DNA of 64,000 bases from an uncultured Planctomycetota bacterium (GTDB lineage Bacteria; Planctomycetota; Planctomycetia; Gemmatales; Gemmataceae). Below are positions 1 to 11,343 of this stretch, piece after piece (position 1 is the first letter of the stretch; the number at the start of each line of letters is the position of its first letter). Under the pieces are notes generated by a model that was given only the letters and a program-made list of their open reading frames with translations, ran no database searches and was not told where the DNA came from. Made by a program: the position numbers and the translations under genes. The stretch covers positions 448,001-512,000 of the forward strand of contig CAWKHF010000010.1 in assembly GCA_963849325.1 (NCBI GenBank), written 5' to 3'.

Positions 1-2919
1 CCGTTATCGGGACCGTCAGCGCGAGAGCGAGCGGCAACGCGCCGCCGATCTCCACCGCGTCCGCGAGATGTACGAGCATCGCCTCCTCGAAATCCAGCAG
101 CGCCACGACGAGGACATGCGGCAACTCCAGGCCCGCCGCGAGCAATTGCTCCAGGAAGTCCAGCAACACCGTGACGCCGACTGGAATACCCTGGTCGAGG
201 ATTGGCGGCAAGCCATGAACGGGCTGCAAACGAGCGTCGCCGAGATCAACGAGACGACGCGCCGCTTGATGCCTGGCTGGGACGATCCCTCCTGGCAGCA
301 GTGGCAACCGCCCGCGACCATTCCGCCGGTGTTGCGCCTCGGCCAGTATCACATCCGGCTCGACCAGGTTCCCAAGGGCGTCCCGGCTGACCCCGGCCTG
401 CGGGCGTTGACTCCGGCCGCGTTCGAGCTGCCGGCCCTGTGCGACTTCCCCGCCCGTTCGTCGCTGCTGCTGCAAGCCGCGACGCGGGCCGAACCGTCGC
501 CGTGCAGACGCTGCAGACCATCGTCTTCCGCCTGCTCACCTCGATGCCGGCCGGTAAGGTGCGCTTCGTCATCGTCGATCCGGTCGGCCTGGGCCAGAAC
601 TTCGCCGCCTTCATGCACCTGGCCGACTACGACGAGATGCTGGTCGCCAGCCGTATCTGGACGGAGACGCCGCACATCGAGCAGCGCCTGGCCGACCTGA
701 CGCTGCACATGGAGAACGTCATCCAGAAATACCTGCGCAACCAGTACGAAACCATCATGGATTACAACGCCCACGCCGGCGAGGTGGCCGAGCCGTTCCG
801 CGTCCTCGTCGTCGCCAACTTCCCCGTCAACTTCAGCCCCGAGGCGATCCGCCGGCTGATCAGCATCACGCAGAGCGGGCCGCGCTGCGGCGTCTTGACG
901 CTGCTCAGCGTGGACACGCAAGGTGCCGCTGCCCAAGGGCTTCGACCTCGCCGACCTCGAAGCCGAACAGCCTGAACTTCGCCTGGGACGGACAGCGCTT
1001 CCGCTGGAAGGACGCCGATTTCGCGGCCTATCCGCTGACGCTGGAGGCACCGCCGGACAACGACTTCGCCAACCGCATTCTGGGGCAGGTCGGCGAAGCG
1101 GCTCGGAACGCGCAGCGCGTCGAGGTGCCGTTCGAGTTCATCGCGCCGGCGGCGGAGGAGTGGTGGCACGCCGACAGCCGCCGCGGTCTGCGCGTGGCCC
1201 TGGGCCGCGCCGGGGCGACGCAGCGGCAGTGCCTCGATCTGGGCAAGGGCACGGCGCAGCACGCCCTCGTCGCCGGCAAGACCGGCTCCGGCAAATCGAC
1301 CCTGCTGCACGCCCTCATCACCAACCTCGCCCTGCTGTACAGTCCCGACGAGGTCGAGCTGTACCTGATCGACTTCAAGAAGGGCGTCGAATTCAAGACC
1401 TACGCCGTCCACGAATTGCCGCACGCCCGCGTCGTCGCCATCGAGAGCGAGCGCGAGTTCGGCCTGAGCGTCTTGCAGCGGCTGGACGCGGAACTGCGAC
1501 AGCCGCGGCGAACGCTTCCGCGATGCTCGCGCCCAGGACCTGAACGCCTACCGCCAGGCCGTGCCCGATGCGCGAATGCCGCGTATCCTGCTCATCGTCG
1601 ATGAGTTCCAGGAGTTCTTCACCGAGGACGACCGCATCTCGCAGGAGGCGGCCCAGCTGCTCGATCGCCTGGTCCGCCAGGGCCGAGCTTTCGGCATGCA
1701 CGTCCTGCTCGGCTCGCAGACGCTCGGCGGCGCTTACACGCTGGCCCGCAGCACCATCGATCAGATGGCCGTGCGCATCGCCTTGCAGTGCAGCGAGGCC
1801 GACGCCCACCTGATCCTCAGCGACGACAACTCGGCTGCTCGCCTGCTGTCGCGTCCCGGCGAGGCGATCTACAACGACGCCAACGGTCTGGTCGAGGGCA
1901 ACAATCCCTTCCAGGTGGTCTGGCTCGGCGACGATCGCCGCGAGCAATACCTGAACGCACATCCGGGAGCTGACGCGGCAGCGCCCGCCGAAGCTGCTGG
2001 AAGCGCCGGTCGTCTTCGAGGGCAACGCCCCGGCCGACGTCGGCCGCAATCATCTGCTCAACCAATGGCTGCGCGAGCCGGTGACCACCGAGGACGCGGG
2101 CCGGCAGGGTCAGCTCGCCTGGCTGGGCGAGGCGATGGCCATCAACGACCTGACCGCCGCTCCCTTTCGCCGCCATCACGGCAGCAATCTGCTCCTCATC
2201 GGCCAGCAGGAAGAGACCGCCCTGGGCATGTTGGCGACGGCCATCGTCAGCCTCGCCGCCCAGATGACGGCGAGCGAATCGACCCGCGCTTCTACCTCGT
2301 GGACGGCCGGCAAGCCGACGTTCCGACCGAGGGACCATTGGCTCGCTTGCCGGAGGTGCTGCCGCAGACGATCCGCCTGGCCGGCTGGCGCGACGCCCCG
2401 GCGATCATGGCCGAGCTGACCGCCGAGGTCGAGCGCCGGCAGAAGGAGGCCGGCAATCCGCCGTCGATCTACCTCGTCCTCTTCGGCGTGCAGCGCCTGC
2501 GCGACCTGCGACGCCAGGAGGATGATTTCAGCTTCATGCGCAAGGGCGAGGAAACGGCCAACCCCGCCCAGCAGTTCGCCACGCTGCTGCGCGAAGGCTC
2601 CGTCCTGGGCATCCACACCCTGATGTGGTGCGACACGCTCAACAACCTGCAGCGCACCCTCGACCGTCAGGCGATGCGCGAGTTGACCCTGCGCGTCGTC
2701 TTCCAGATGAACGTCGCCGATTCGAGCAACCTGATCGATAGCCCGCTGGCCAGCAAGCTCGGCCTGCACCGCGCCCTGTTCTTCAGCGAGGAGGACGGCC
2801 GGCTCGACAAGTTCCGGCCCTATGGCCTACCTTCGGAGACTTGGTTGAGGCACGTGCGGGAGCAATTGCAGCGCCGCGTCGAGACAAAGGAAGGCGTAAC
2901 GCTTGGCGCGAGCGATTGA
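1..2919 (+). CDS. FtsK/SpoIIIE multi-ATPase (EccC/EssC-like), 5' end outside window, broken by about six frameshifts
   Basis: Joined ORFs 68-700, 439-975, 1125-1604, 1561-2919 and 2081-2419. Motifs VRFVIVDPVGLG, HALVAGKTGSGKS (Walker A), LYLIDFKKGVEF, ILLIVDEFQEFF (Walker B), QGRAFGMHVLLGSQ, and a third degenerate domain LLREGSVLGIH. Confidence 0.88.
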
Positions 2920-2996
2920 GGCGTGGATGCTATACCGCCGACTTCTCTCCCGATACTTTCTCCTCTTTCCTTTCCTGTGAGGGGGTTATTAGGAAC

Positions 2997-3260
2997 ATGA
3001 TGCGAAAGCAAAGAAAAAACCTAGGACGCTACCTAGTCATTGATCCAACGATCTGTCATGGCAAGCCAACTTTCCTGGGCACGCGGATCATGGTGACGCA
3101 GGTACTGAAACAGGTCGGCCGGGGAATGCCCTGGGACGCGATTATGGCCGAGTGGCGCGGCAGCATTACCAAAAATGCGATTGCCGAAGCGATAGAGCTT
3201 GCCCAACGCACTTTTGAGGAACATGCGGCGGACTACGCCTACGAGTTCCAGCCGGCATGA
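2997..3260 (+). CDS. DUF433 family antitoxin-like protein
   Basis: IDPTICHGKPTFLGTRIMV is the DUF433 signature; ATG at 2997 follows AGGAAC. Confidence 0.85.
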   Translation: MMRKQRKNLGRYLVIDPTICHGKPTFLGTRIMVTQVLKQVGRGMPWDAIMAEWRGSITKNAIAEAIELAQRTFEEHAADYAYEFQPA

Positions 3261-3423
3261 ACATACTGGCGGCGGCCCACTCGCGCAATGGACAGCCGGA
3301 AGTTTGCTCCCTTCCTCCATATACTCTCTGCACCAGGGGGCGCGCCTCGCCAGGGAGCGGTGCGCAGACTTTTTCCATTCGCGGTCGGCGCGGAGACCCC
3401 GCAATCATCGGGAGGCGAACATC

Positions 3424-5703
3424 ATGACGAGCGCGTGGCGAAGGCGACAGGTAGGGGTATTCGGCGTTTTGGTCCTGCTCGGGTGGACGGCGGCCACGAC
3501 GGCGGCGGATTGGCAACCGGCCAAGGGGTCCCTGATGACGCGCTGGGCCAAGGACGTCAAAGCAGATAAGCCGCACCCTGAATATCCGCGCCCGCAGATG
3601 CAGCGCGAGAAATGGATGAACCTCAACGGACTGTGGCAACTCTCCTTCGCGGGCAAGGACGAAGCCGTCCCGACCGGCAAGGACTTGCCCGAGCGTATCC
3701 TCGTGCCCTTCCCGGTGGAATCCGCTCTGTCGGGGATGATGAAGCATGCGGATCGGTTGTGGTATCGCCGCTTCTTCACCGTCCCGAAGGAGTGGGCCGG
3801 CCAGCGCGTGCTGCTGCACTTCGGCGCCGTGGACTGGGAGGCGAAGGTGTGGGTCAACGACAAGGAGTTGGGCAGCCATCGCGGCGGCTACGACGCCTTC
3901 CATTTCGACATCACCGACGCCCTGAAAAAGGATGGCGAGCAGGAGGTGATCGTCGGCGTCTGGGACCCGACCGACGCCGGCAAGCAGCCGCGCGGCAAGC
4001 AGGTCCGCAAGCCGGGCGGCATCTTTTACACGCCGACGACCGGCATCTGGCAGACGGTGTGGCTGGAACCCGTGCCGCGCACCAGCATCGAGGGGCTCCA
4101 CATAATCCCGGACATCGACGCCAAGCAGGTCACCATCCATACCACCCTGCGCGGCGACAAGATCAAACACCGCCTCCAGGCGGTGGCGCGCGACGGCGGC
4201 AAGGTTATCGCCAAGCAGGCAGGCACCTCCGGCTCTACGCTCGTTCTGACGCTGCCGGAGCCGAAACTGTGGTCGCCCGACCAACCGTTCCTGTACGATT
4301 TGGCGATCGATCTCTACGGCGAAAACACGCAGCCGAACCAGAAAATCGATAGCGTCAAGAGTTACTTCGGCATGAGGAAGATCAGCGTCGGCCCGGACAA
4401 GGAGGGCGTCACGCGCCTGCTGCTCAACAATCAATTCGTCTTCCAGGTCGGCCCACTCGATCAGGGCTTTTGGCCCGACGGACTGTATACCTCTCCGACC
4501 GACGAAGCCCTCAAGTACGACATCGAGATCACCAAAAAGCTCGGCTTCAACATGACGCGCAAGCACGTCAAGGTCGAGCCGGAGCGCTGGTACTACTGGT
4601 GCGACAAGCTCGGCTTGCTGGTGTGGCAGGACATGCCCTCCGGCGACAAGAGCATACGCCCCTCCGACCCCGATTTGGAGCGCAGTCCCGAATCGGCCAA
4701 GCAATACGAACGAGAGTTACAACGCATGATCGACGGACTCCGCAATCATCCGTCGATTGTGACGTGGGTCGTCTTCAACGAAGGCTGGGGGCAGTTCGAC
4801 ACGGTGCGCATCACGGAATGGACCAAGAAATACAACCCTTCACGCCTGGTCGATTGCGCCAGCGGCTGGGCCGACCGTCCGGTCGGCGACATGCACGACA
4901 TCCACGTCTACCCCGGACCCGGCTCGCCACAACCGGAGCCGAAGCGAGCGGCAGTGCTCGGCGAATTCGGCGGTCTGGGCCTGGGCGTCGATGGCCACAC
5001 CTGGGAGAAAAAAACGTGGGGCTACCGCCCGGCCAAGGGCAAGGACGACCTCACCCGCAAGTACGAGAGGCTGCTGCAAGGCGCGTACAAGCTCAAGGAC
5101 AAGCCCGGCCTGAATGCGGCCGTCTATACGCAAATCACCGATGTGGAGACGGAGGCCAACGGGCTGCTGACCTACGATCGCGCGGTCATCAAGGTCGATC
5201 TCGAGCGCGTCGCCGCGGCGAACCGGGGCGACTTCGCGCGTGTGCCGCGGCAAGTCGTCGTCGTGCCGACCTCGAAGGAAAGGGGGTTGAGCTGGCGTTA
5301 CACGTTCGACAAGCCCGCCGAAGGTTGGTTCAAGACGGATTTCAAAGATACGAATTGGAAGGAAGGCGTCGGCGGCTTCGGCACGCACAAGACGCCGGGC
5401 GCCGTCGTCCGCACGGTTTGGGACACGCCGGACATCTGGTTGCGGCGGACGTTCGAGCTGCCCGCGAACGCTCCCAAGGAGTTGCACTTGCTGCTGCACC
5501 ACGACGAGGACGCGGAAATCTACGTCAACGGCATCCTGGCCGCCAAGGTTGGCGGCTTCGTCAGCGATTACGAGGAAGTGGAGATCCGTCCCGAGGCGCT
5601 GGCGGCACTGAAACCGGGCCAGAACACCCTCGCCATCCACTGCAAGCAGACCGGCGGCGGCCAGTACATCGACGCCGGCCTCATCGCCTACAAGAAGAAG
5701 TAA
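3424..5703 (+). CDS. Secreted GH2 glycoside hydrolase with C-terminal galactose-binding-like domain
   Basis: Signal peptide; EYPRPQ, LNGLW, LHFGAVD, NHPSIVTWVVFNEGW (acid/base Glu) and LGEFGG (nucleophile); RBS GGGAGG. Confidence 0.9.
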   Translation: MTSAWRRRQVGVFGVLVLLGWTAATTAADWQPAKGSLMTRWAKDVKADKPHPEYPRPQMQREKWMNLNGLWQLSFAGKDEAVPTGKDLPERILVPFPVESALSGMMKHADRLWYRRFFTVPKEWAGQRVLLHFGAVDWEAKVWVNDKELGSHRGGYDAFHFDITDALKKDGEQEVIVGVWDPTDAGKQPRGKQVRKPGGIFYTPTTGIWQTVWLEPVPRTSIEGLHIIPDIDAKQVTIHTTLRGDKIKHRLQAVARDGGKVIAKQAGTSGSTLVLTLPEPKLWSPDQPFLYDLAIDLYGENTQPNQKIDSVKSYFGMRKISVGPDKEGVTRLLLNNQFVFQVGPLDQGFWPDGLYTSPTDEALKYDIEITKKLGFNMTRKHVKVEPERWYYWCDKLGLLVWQDMPSGDKSIRPSDPDLERSPESAKQYERELQRMIDGLRNHPSIVTWVVFNEGWGQFDTVRITEWTKKYNPSRLVDCASGWADRPVGDMHDIHVYPGPGSPQPEPKRAAVLGEFGGLGLGVDGHTWEKKTWGYRPAKGKDDLTRKYERLLQGAYKLKDKPGLNAAVYTQITDVETEANGLLTYDRAVIKVDLERVAAANRGDFARVPRQVVVVPTSKERGLSWRYTFDKPAEGWFKTDFKDTNWKEGVGGFGTHKTPGAVVRTVWDTPDIWLRRTFELPANAPKELHLLLHHDEDAEIYVNGILAAKVGGFVSDYEEVEIRPEALAALKPGQNTLAIHCKQTGGGQYIDAGLIAYKKK

Positions 5704-5841
5704 AACCACGAATCACACGAATCACACGAATAAAAGACAAAAAGAATAGCAAAGGAGCTGACCGAGCGCAGTTCGGTCTCCCTTCTCCTTATTGTGCTTT
5801 TATTGTCTTCGATTCGTGTGATTCGTGTGATTCGTGGTTTT
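5704..5841. repeat. Inverted pair of 9-mer tandem repeats (CACGAATCA) between convergent genes
   Basis: aaccacgaatcacacgaatcacacgaat at 5704-5731 and its reverse complement at ~5812-5841. Confidence 0.85.
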
Positions 5842-8464
5842 GTTCCTGGATTTGGGCGCGGAGGAGCTTATAGTCGGTTTTGCCCGTGCCCAGGACGGGG
5901 ATGCGTTCGACCTGTCGCACTTCATCGAGCCGCATGACGCCGCGGAAACCCTCTTCGAGCAAGCGTGCATTGGCGTCGCGCAAATTCATCGGCTCCGTCG
6001 TGAACAGCACGATGCGCCGACCGGACTCGGTCTCGACGCCCTCGACGGCCACGCGCGGCCCGTCCTTGGTCGGCGGATAGATGCGGATGAACGGTTCTTC
6101 CAAGGCCGGCAGCGAGATCATTTCGCCGCCCGCCTTCAGGAAGCGCTTCAGCCGGCCACCGAAGTGGATAAAACCGTCGTCGTCGATGTGGACCAGATCG
6201 CCGGTGACGTACCAGCGTTTGCCGTCGCGCTGCTGAAACGGCGACGGGCCATCGTAAGCGATGTAGCCGGGGAAGACGGTCGGACCGCTGACAAGCAACA
6301 TGCCGAGTTGGTTGGCCGGCAGTTCCTTGTCCGATTCCAGATCGACCACGCACACCTCGACGCCAGGTAGCGGCTTGCCGAGCGTGCCCGGACGGTTGGC
6401 ATGGACCGTGTTGGCCGACACGACCGGCGAGCATTCCGTGATGCCGTAGCCCTCCAGCAACGTCGCTCCCGGCACCAGCCGGGCGCAGCGCTCGCGCACG
6501 CTCGGCGGACATTTCTCGGCGCCGACGATGACCAGACGCAAGGACGTCAACTGCTCCGGCTCCGCTCGTTCGAGGATGTAACTGACGAAGGTCGGTGTGC
6601 CGGCGACGATGGTCGGACGATATGCCCCGATCTTGCGCCAGGCCGGAAGCATCGGTCGGATCGGGGTGGTGGACCACGCGCATGCCGCCCAGCAGCGGCA
6701 GCACGCCGGTCACGGACATGCCGAAACTGTGAAAGGCCGGCAGGAAACCGAGAATCGAATCGCGGCGGGCCAGGCCGAGGAACGGGATGCCGTTGCGTTG
6801 ATTGGTGAGAATGTTTTGATGCGTCAGCGGGACCGCCTTGGGTGCTTTTTCCGAGCCGCTGGTGAAGAGCACCACGGCAGGCTGGTCCGGAGAGACATGG
6901 GGGACGTGCTTGCGGACGGAGCCAGGCAGCCAACGCACGCCCAGCAGCGTGCGGAGCAACTCGACCTTGCCCATGCCCTTGCGCAGCGTCTCCAGGTGCA
7001 GGTACTCGACACCCTCGATCTCAATACCGGTGCGGTCGATGAAGGCGCGCGAGGTAACGACATGGGTTAGTTCCATGATACGAGCGGCATGGGCCAGGTT
7101 CGCCGGGCCGGTCGTCCAGTTGAGGAGGACAGGCAGCTTGCCGGCCAGGTGCAGGGCCATGAAGGCCGTGTCGCAGGCCACCGAGGCGGGCAGCATCAGA
7201 CCGACGTTGGCTGACGGCAACTTGGCGAAACGCCGGCTCATCGCCAGCGCCCCCGTCAGCATTCGCTCGTAGGGGACGGCGCCGGCCATGTCGTCGGCGG
7301 TAGCCACGTCGCGCGGGTTGGCCAGGGCACGGGCGATGAAGGCTTCGGCGATGGTCTCGCCCAGGATCTCCATCGCCCCCTCCTGCGCGAGCGGAGCGAA
7401 CCAGCCGGCCGGCGGCGGTTTCGGAGGGCCCTTCTCGACCAAGCCCTGAGCCAGCGCCCACAACTGGCCCAGCGTCATCGGCACCTGGTCCGACGTGAAG
7501 CCATACTGCTGCTCAACGCGCAGGTTCAGCTCCATGCGATCCAGACTATCCAGCCCCAGTTGGTCGAAGGTGGTATCCGGTTTCTGTTCGTCCTCCGTCA
7601 GCGCCCGGCCGAGCTTGTCCGCAATCATGTGCGTGACGGCCTCGCGGACCTCCGGTTTGATCTGCCCCGGATCGGCCTCGGCCAGCCCCGTGATCTTGGG
7701 GAAGTCGAAGGTGCGCCGGCCGAAGGCGAAGTGATACGGCACATAGGTAGGCGCCTCGGGACCACCTTCGTTGTACCAACTCTCGAACCAGGGGTTGAGC
7801 GTCTCACGGCGCAGCTCGGGCAGCCGGGCACGATCGACCCGTTCGATGGTGAGTTCGACCCGGCGACGCGGCATGAGCACCATCAGGTTGGCTAGCAGCC
7901 AGCCGACGCCGGCGGCGTAACGACCGATGAGATGGGGGTGCTCGCCGGTCTGGGCGTAGCCGAACATGCTGCCCCAGAGGCCGCGCGTGCGCACCCGCAC
8001 GACCGTCGCCTCGGGCACCGCCTGCAAAATGTCGGCCAGGGCGCGGCGCCGCCGAGCCTTTCCACGCCGTCGCGCTGGGTGTGTCCCGATGGCCAAAGGA
8101 TGTAATTCTCGCCGTTGCGCAGGCCGGCGATGACCACCTCGACCGCCTTCTGCGCCCGCGAACGCGCCTTGGCGCTGGCCTGGTCCAAATCCGGGACACG
8201 CACCGCGTTGAGAAGCTTTACCAGCAGAGACAGGAAGGGGTTGTTGAAATGGCCCTCGAAGACCATCGGCCGCGGCTTCAGTGACGGCCACACGGCGGCG
8301 AGCACGAGCAGCGGATCGACCAGTCCCGGATGATTGGGCAGGACGAGGACCGGACCTTTCAGGTTGCGAACCTGCTCCAGCCCGTGAACGCGGACGCGGT
8401 AGCGCAGCGATACGAACAGTCGCGTCAAGATCCATAACAAGTAGCGCAATGGCAAGAGCATCAC
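5789..8464 (-). CDS. Aas-like acyltransferase (PlsC) - acyl carrier domain - AMP-binding acyl ligase fusion, two frameshifts (~8040, ~6645)
   Basis: NHPGLVD (HxxxxD) and WPSG; LGLDSLDRMEL (ACP Ser); LFTSGSEKAPK, GYGITE, YVTGD and GKTDY adenylation motifs. Confidence 0.88.
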
Positions 8465-8563
8465 ATCCCCTCTCGAAAAACGGATCGTGCCGGCGCAGCG
8501 ATCCGTGCAGCACTGTATCTGAAAAAATCAGGCACGGCCAGAGGGGTGATGTCACGGCAGGCG

Positions 8564-8635
8564 CGTAGGGTGGGCCGAGCTTGCGAGGCCCACCAGGTCC
8601 GCTTGGTGGGCCTCGCAAGCTCGGCCCACCCTACG
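8564..8635. repeat. GTAG-type REP doublet (long hairpin)
   Basis: cgtagggtgggccgagcttgcgaggcccacca ... tggtgggcctcgcaagctcggcccaccctacg, a perfect inverted repeat. Confidence 0.9.
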
Positions 8636-8660
8636 GCAGACCCTTTCCGCGGAAGACGTG

Positions 8661-11103
8661 TCAGAAGAGAACGCCCGTCTCGAACCAGCCGTCGCTGCAG
8701 CGTTGCACGCGGACACAATGGCCGGACAGAGCCAACGCTTCGCTGCGTGAGGGTGTCAACAATTCCAGATGGACCTGTGAGCCGGCCGGGGCACGCGGCA
8801 GATACAGGCCCATGCCGCCCAGGGACAAGTCCTTGCCCCGACCCTCGATGGTCTCGCCGAGCTTGTCGTCGGCCAGCAGGAAGGCGGCGCGCACCGGATG
8901 CGGCCAGGCCACCCGCTCCTGGGTGCGCCGTTCCGGATAGGCTTCCAGCTGCGAGCGCAGGCTGTCCAGCAGCAGAGGGCCGACTTCCTTGACTAGAGGA
9001 TCGTCGGCCTTGTTCTTCTTGTCGGGGCAGCGGACGCGCACGGATACTTCGGGCAGGGTGTTGCTCGCCGGCCGTGGCCGACTCCAGCGAATGTCCACGA
9101 GCAGCCCTTGCGCCCCGCCCAGCCAGCGCTGCCAGAATCGGCCCGGCAGCGCCACCTGGAAGACCACGGAATGGTCTCCTTCGCGGACGACCTGGGCGTT
9201 CCACTGACGGCGAAAGGTCTCGAAGCTGGCGCGGGGGTTATTCGGGACCAACCGCGCCGGGAAACGGCCGTGCAGAATGCCGGTGCCTGCGGATGCGGAC
9301 GCCCAGTTGTCCGTCTCAGTGGTCGGCAACGCGCCCTTAGCCTCGACGATCAGTTCGGCGACGACGGCGCCGGCGCCCGCGCGTGTCACTTGCCATCGCG
9401 GCATCGCCGCTCGGCGATCGTCCGCCCTCCAGGGCGTCCATCAGTTCCGTGCAGGTGGCGAAGCGCTGGCCGGGATCGATGTCCAGTGCTCGGGCCAGAA
9501 CGGCGCGATCCTCGGACGACAGCGGTTCCAGGTTGGGCAGTCCCGAACGCCGACCACGCCACGGTGTCGTGCCCGTGAGCATCTCCTGGAAGATGACGGC
9601 CAGGCTGTAGGAATCGCAGGCGGGACCGACTTGACGCTCGAACAGTTCCGGCGCGGCGTAGCGGGCTTGCAGCTGTCCTTGCAGCTGTCCGGCCGGGTGC
9701 CATACCAGGGGCAGTAAACCGAAATCCGCGATGCGCAGCCGGTCGTCGTCGAACAGCAAGCTGCGCGGATGCAGACCCAGGTGTTGCATTCCGTGACGGC
9801 GCGACAGCTCGTCCAGCGACTCGGCGGCCCCGCGCAGCCAGTCGAGCAACGGACGGCGCGGGATGCCACGCTCGCCGCGGCCGCGATGTTCCTGGAAGCG
9901 ATCGCGCAGGCTGACCTCACAAAGCTCACTGTCCACGATGAGGCAGCCGCGACCGCCAGCGAGGATACGCCACTCCGGCAGGGCCGAGTGATGTAACGAC
10001 TGCAAACGCTCGATCGCCTCGCGCTCGCCGCCGGCATCGGTTCGGCTGACGCCGAACAATACCTTGACGAGTCGGCGTTTGCCGTCCGGTGTGCGCGCCT
10101 CCCACGTTTCACCGAAGGGAGTCCGCCCCAAGCAGCCGACAAATTGATAACCGGGCAGAAAGCGAGCCTGGGCCGGTTCACGCTCCGAGACCCGTCCCGC
10201 CGCGCTCGGCGCGACGGCCGATGCCACGGTTTCGCCCTCCGCGGCGGAGCGCGAATCGCCGGAGACCGTGTCATTCGCTTCCAGCGCCTCGACGAAGGCC
10301 ATGCACGTCGGGAAACGCTGGCGAGCGTCCTTGGACAGGGCACGGCCGACAGCGGCGCGGTCGCCTTCCGGCAAAGCCGACAGGTCCGGCTCGGCGGTGC
10401 TGTGCTGCATGAGCAACTGACGTAGGTTCTTGCCGTTGAAGGGACGGTTGCCGGTGAGCAACTCTTGATAGACGATTGCCAAACTGTATTGATCGCAGGA
10501 CGGGCTGATGGTGTTGTCGAACATCTCCGGGGCGGCGTACAGGGCCGTCAGGCCGCCCGAAAGCAGGGAGCCGTTCTCGGCGCCGCTCCGGTCAGACAGG
10601 CTGCGGACCAGGCCGAAATCCGCCACCTTGACGTGATTGCTGACCAGGAACAGATTGCCGGGCTTGATGTCCAGGTGTTGCAAGCCGTGGCGCAGGTTCA
10701 TCAGGTCCAGCACGTCCGCCGCCTCGCGCAGATAGTCCAGCAGTTCCTCGCGCGGGATGCCCGTCGCCCCGGCCGCCTGGTATTCGTTGAACACGTCCAT
10801 CAAGCTCTTGTCCGCCAACTCCATGACGATCACCAACTCGTCGTCGATCCGCTCGACGCGCTCCATGGACAGCAGGAAGGGATGGCGGAGCGACTTGATG
10901 TGCTGGATGGCCTTGAGTTCCTCGACGGCCGGCACGGATTCGCCGTGCAGGGCGTTCTGTTCGCCGGCCACGAACTTGATGGCCTTGAACAGACCGCCCG
11001 GCGCCTCGCACTTCCACACCTCGCCGAAGCCGCCGCGACCCAAAGGCTCGATCAGACGATAACCTGGAATCGGCTCCGGGTTGCGTTTGCGGGTCTTCAG
11101 CAT
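8661..11103 (-). CDS. Ser/Thr kinase - pseudokinase - PilZ domain protein, frameshift ~9405
   Basis: Domain 1: GRGGFGEVW, AIK, HLDIKPGN, DFG, YAAPE. Domain 2: GRTPFGETW, HLGLHPRS, DFG. C-terminus: ERRTQER and DLSLGG PilZ motifs. Confidence 0.85.
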
Positions 11104-11274
11104 TCCGATGGTCCTGACAGGGTGATACGGCGATCAAGCGGCCAACGCGGTACGCGCGGCCCTCCAGGCAATCCTAGGTTGCGAGGAGGGCCGATGCAAA
11201 TGACGGCGACACTTCTCTACTCAAAAGACATGAATTGGATTTTATCTACGGCCGGAACAAGCGAGTCCCTATCC

Positions 11275-11343
11275 GAGCCTGAAGCGTGAGCGAAGAGAAC
11301 GGCAACCGAAGGTTGCCGTTCTCTTCGCTCACGCTTCAGGCTC
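11275..11343. repeat. REP-like hairpin overlapping the Wzc stop codon
   Basis: gagcctgaagcgtgagcgaagagaacggcaacc-gaa-ggttgccgttctcttcgctcacgcttcaggctc, a perfect inverted repeat. Confidence 0.9.
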
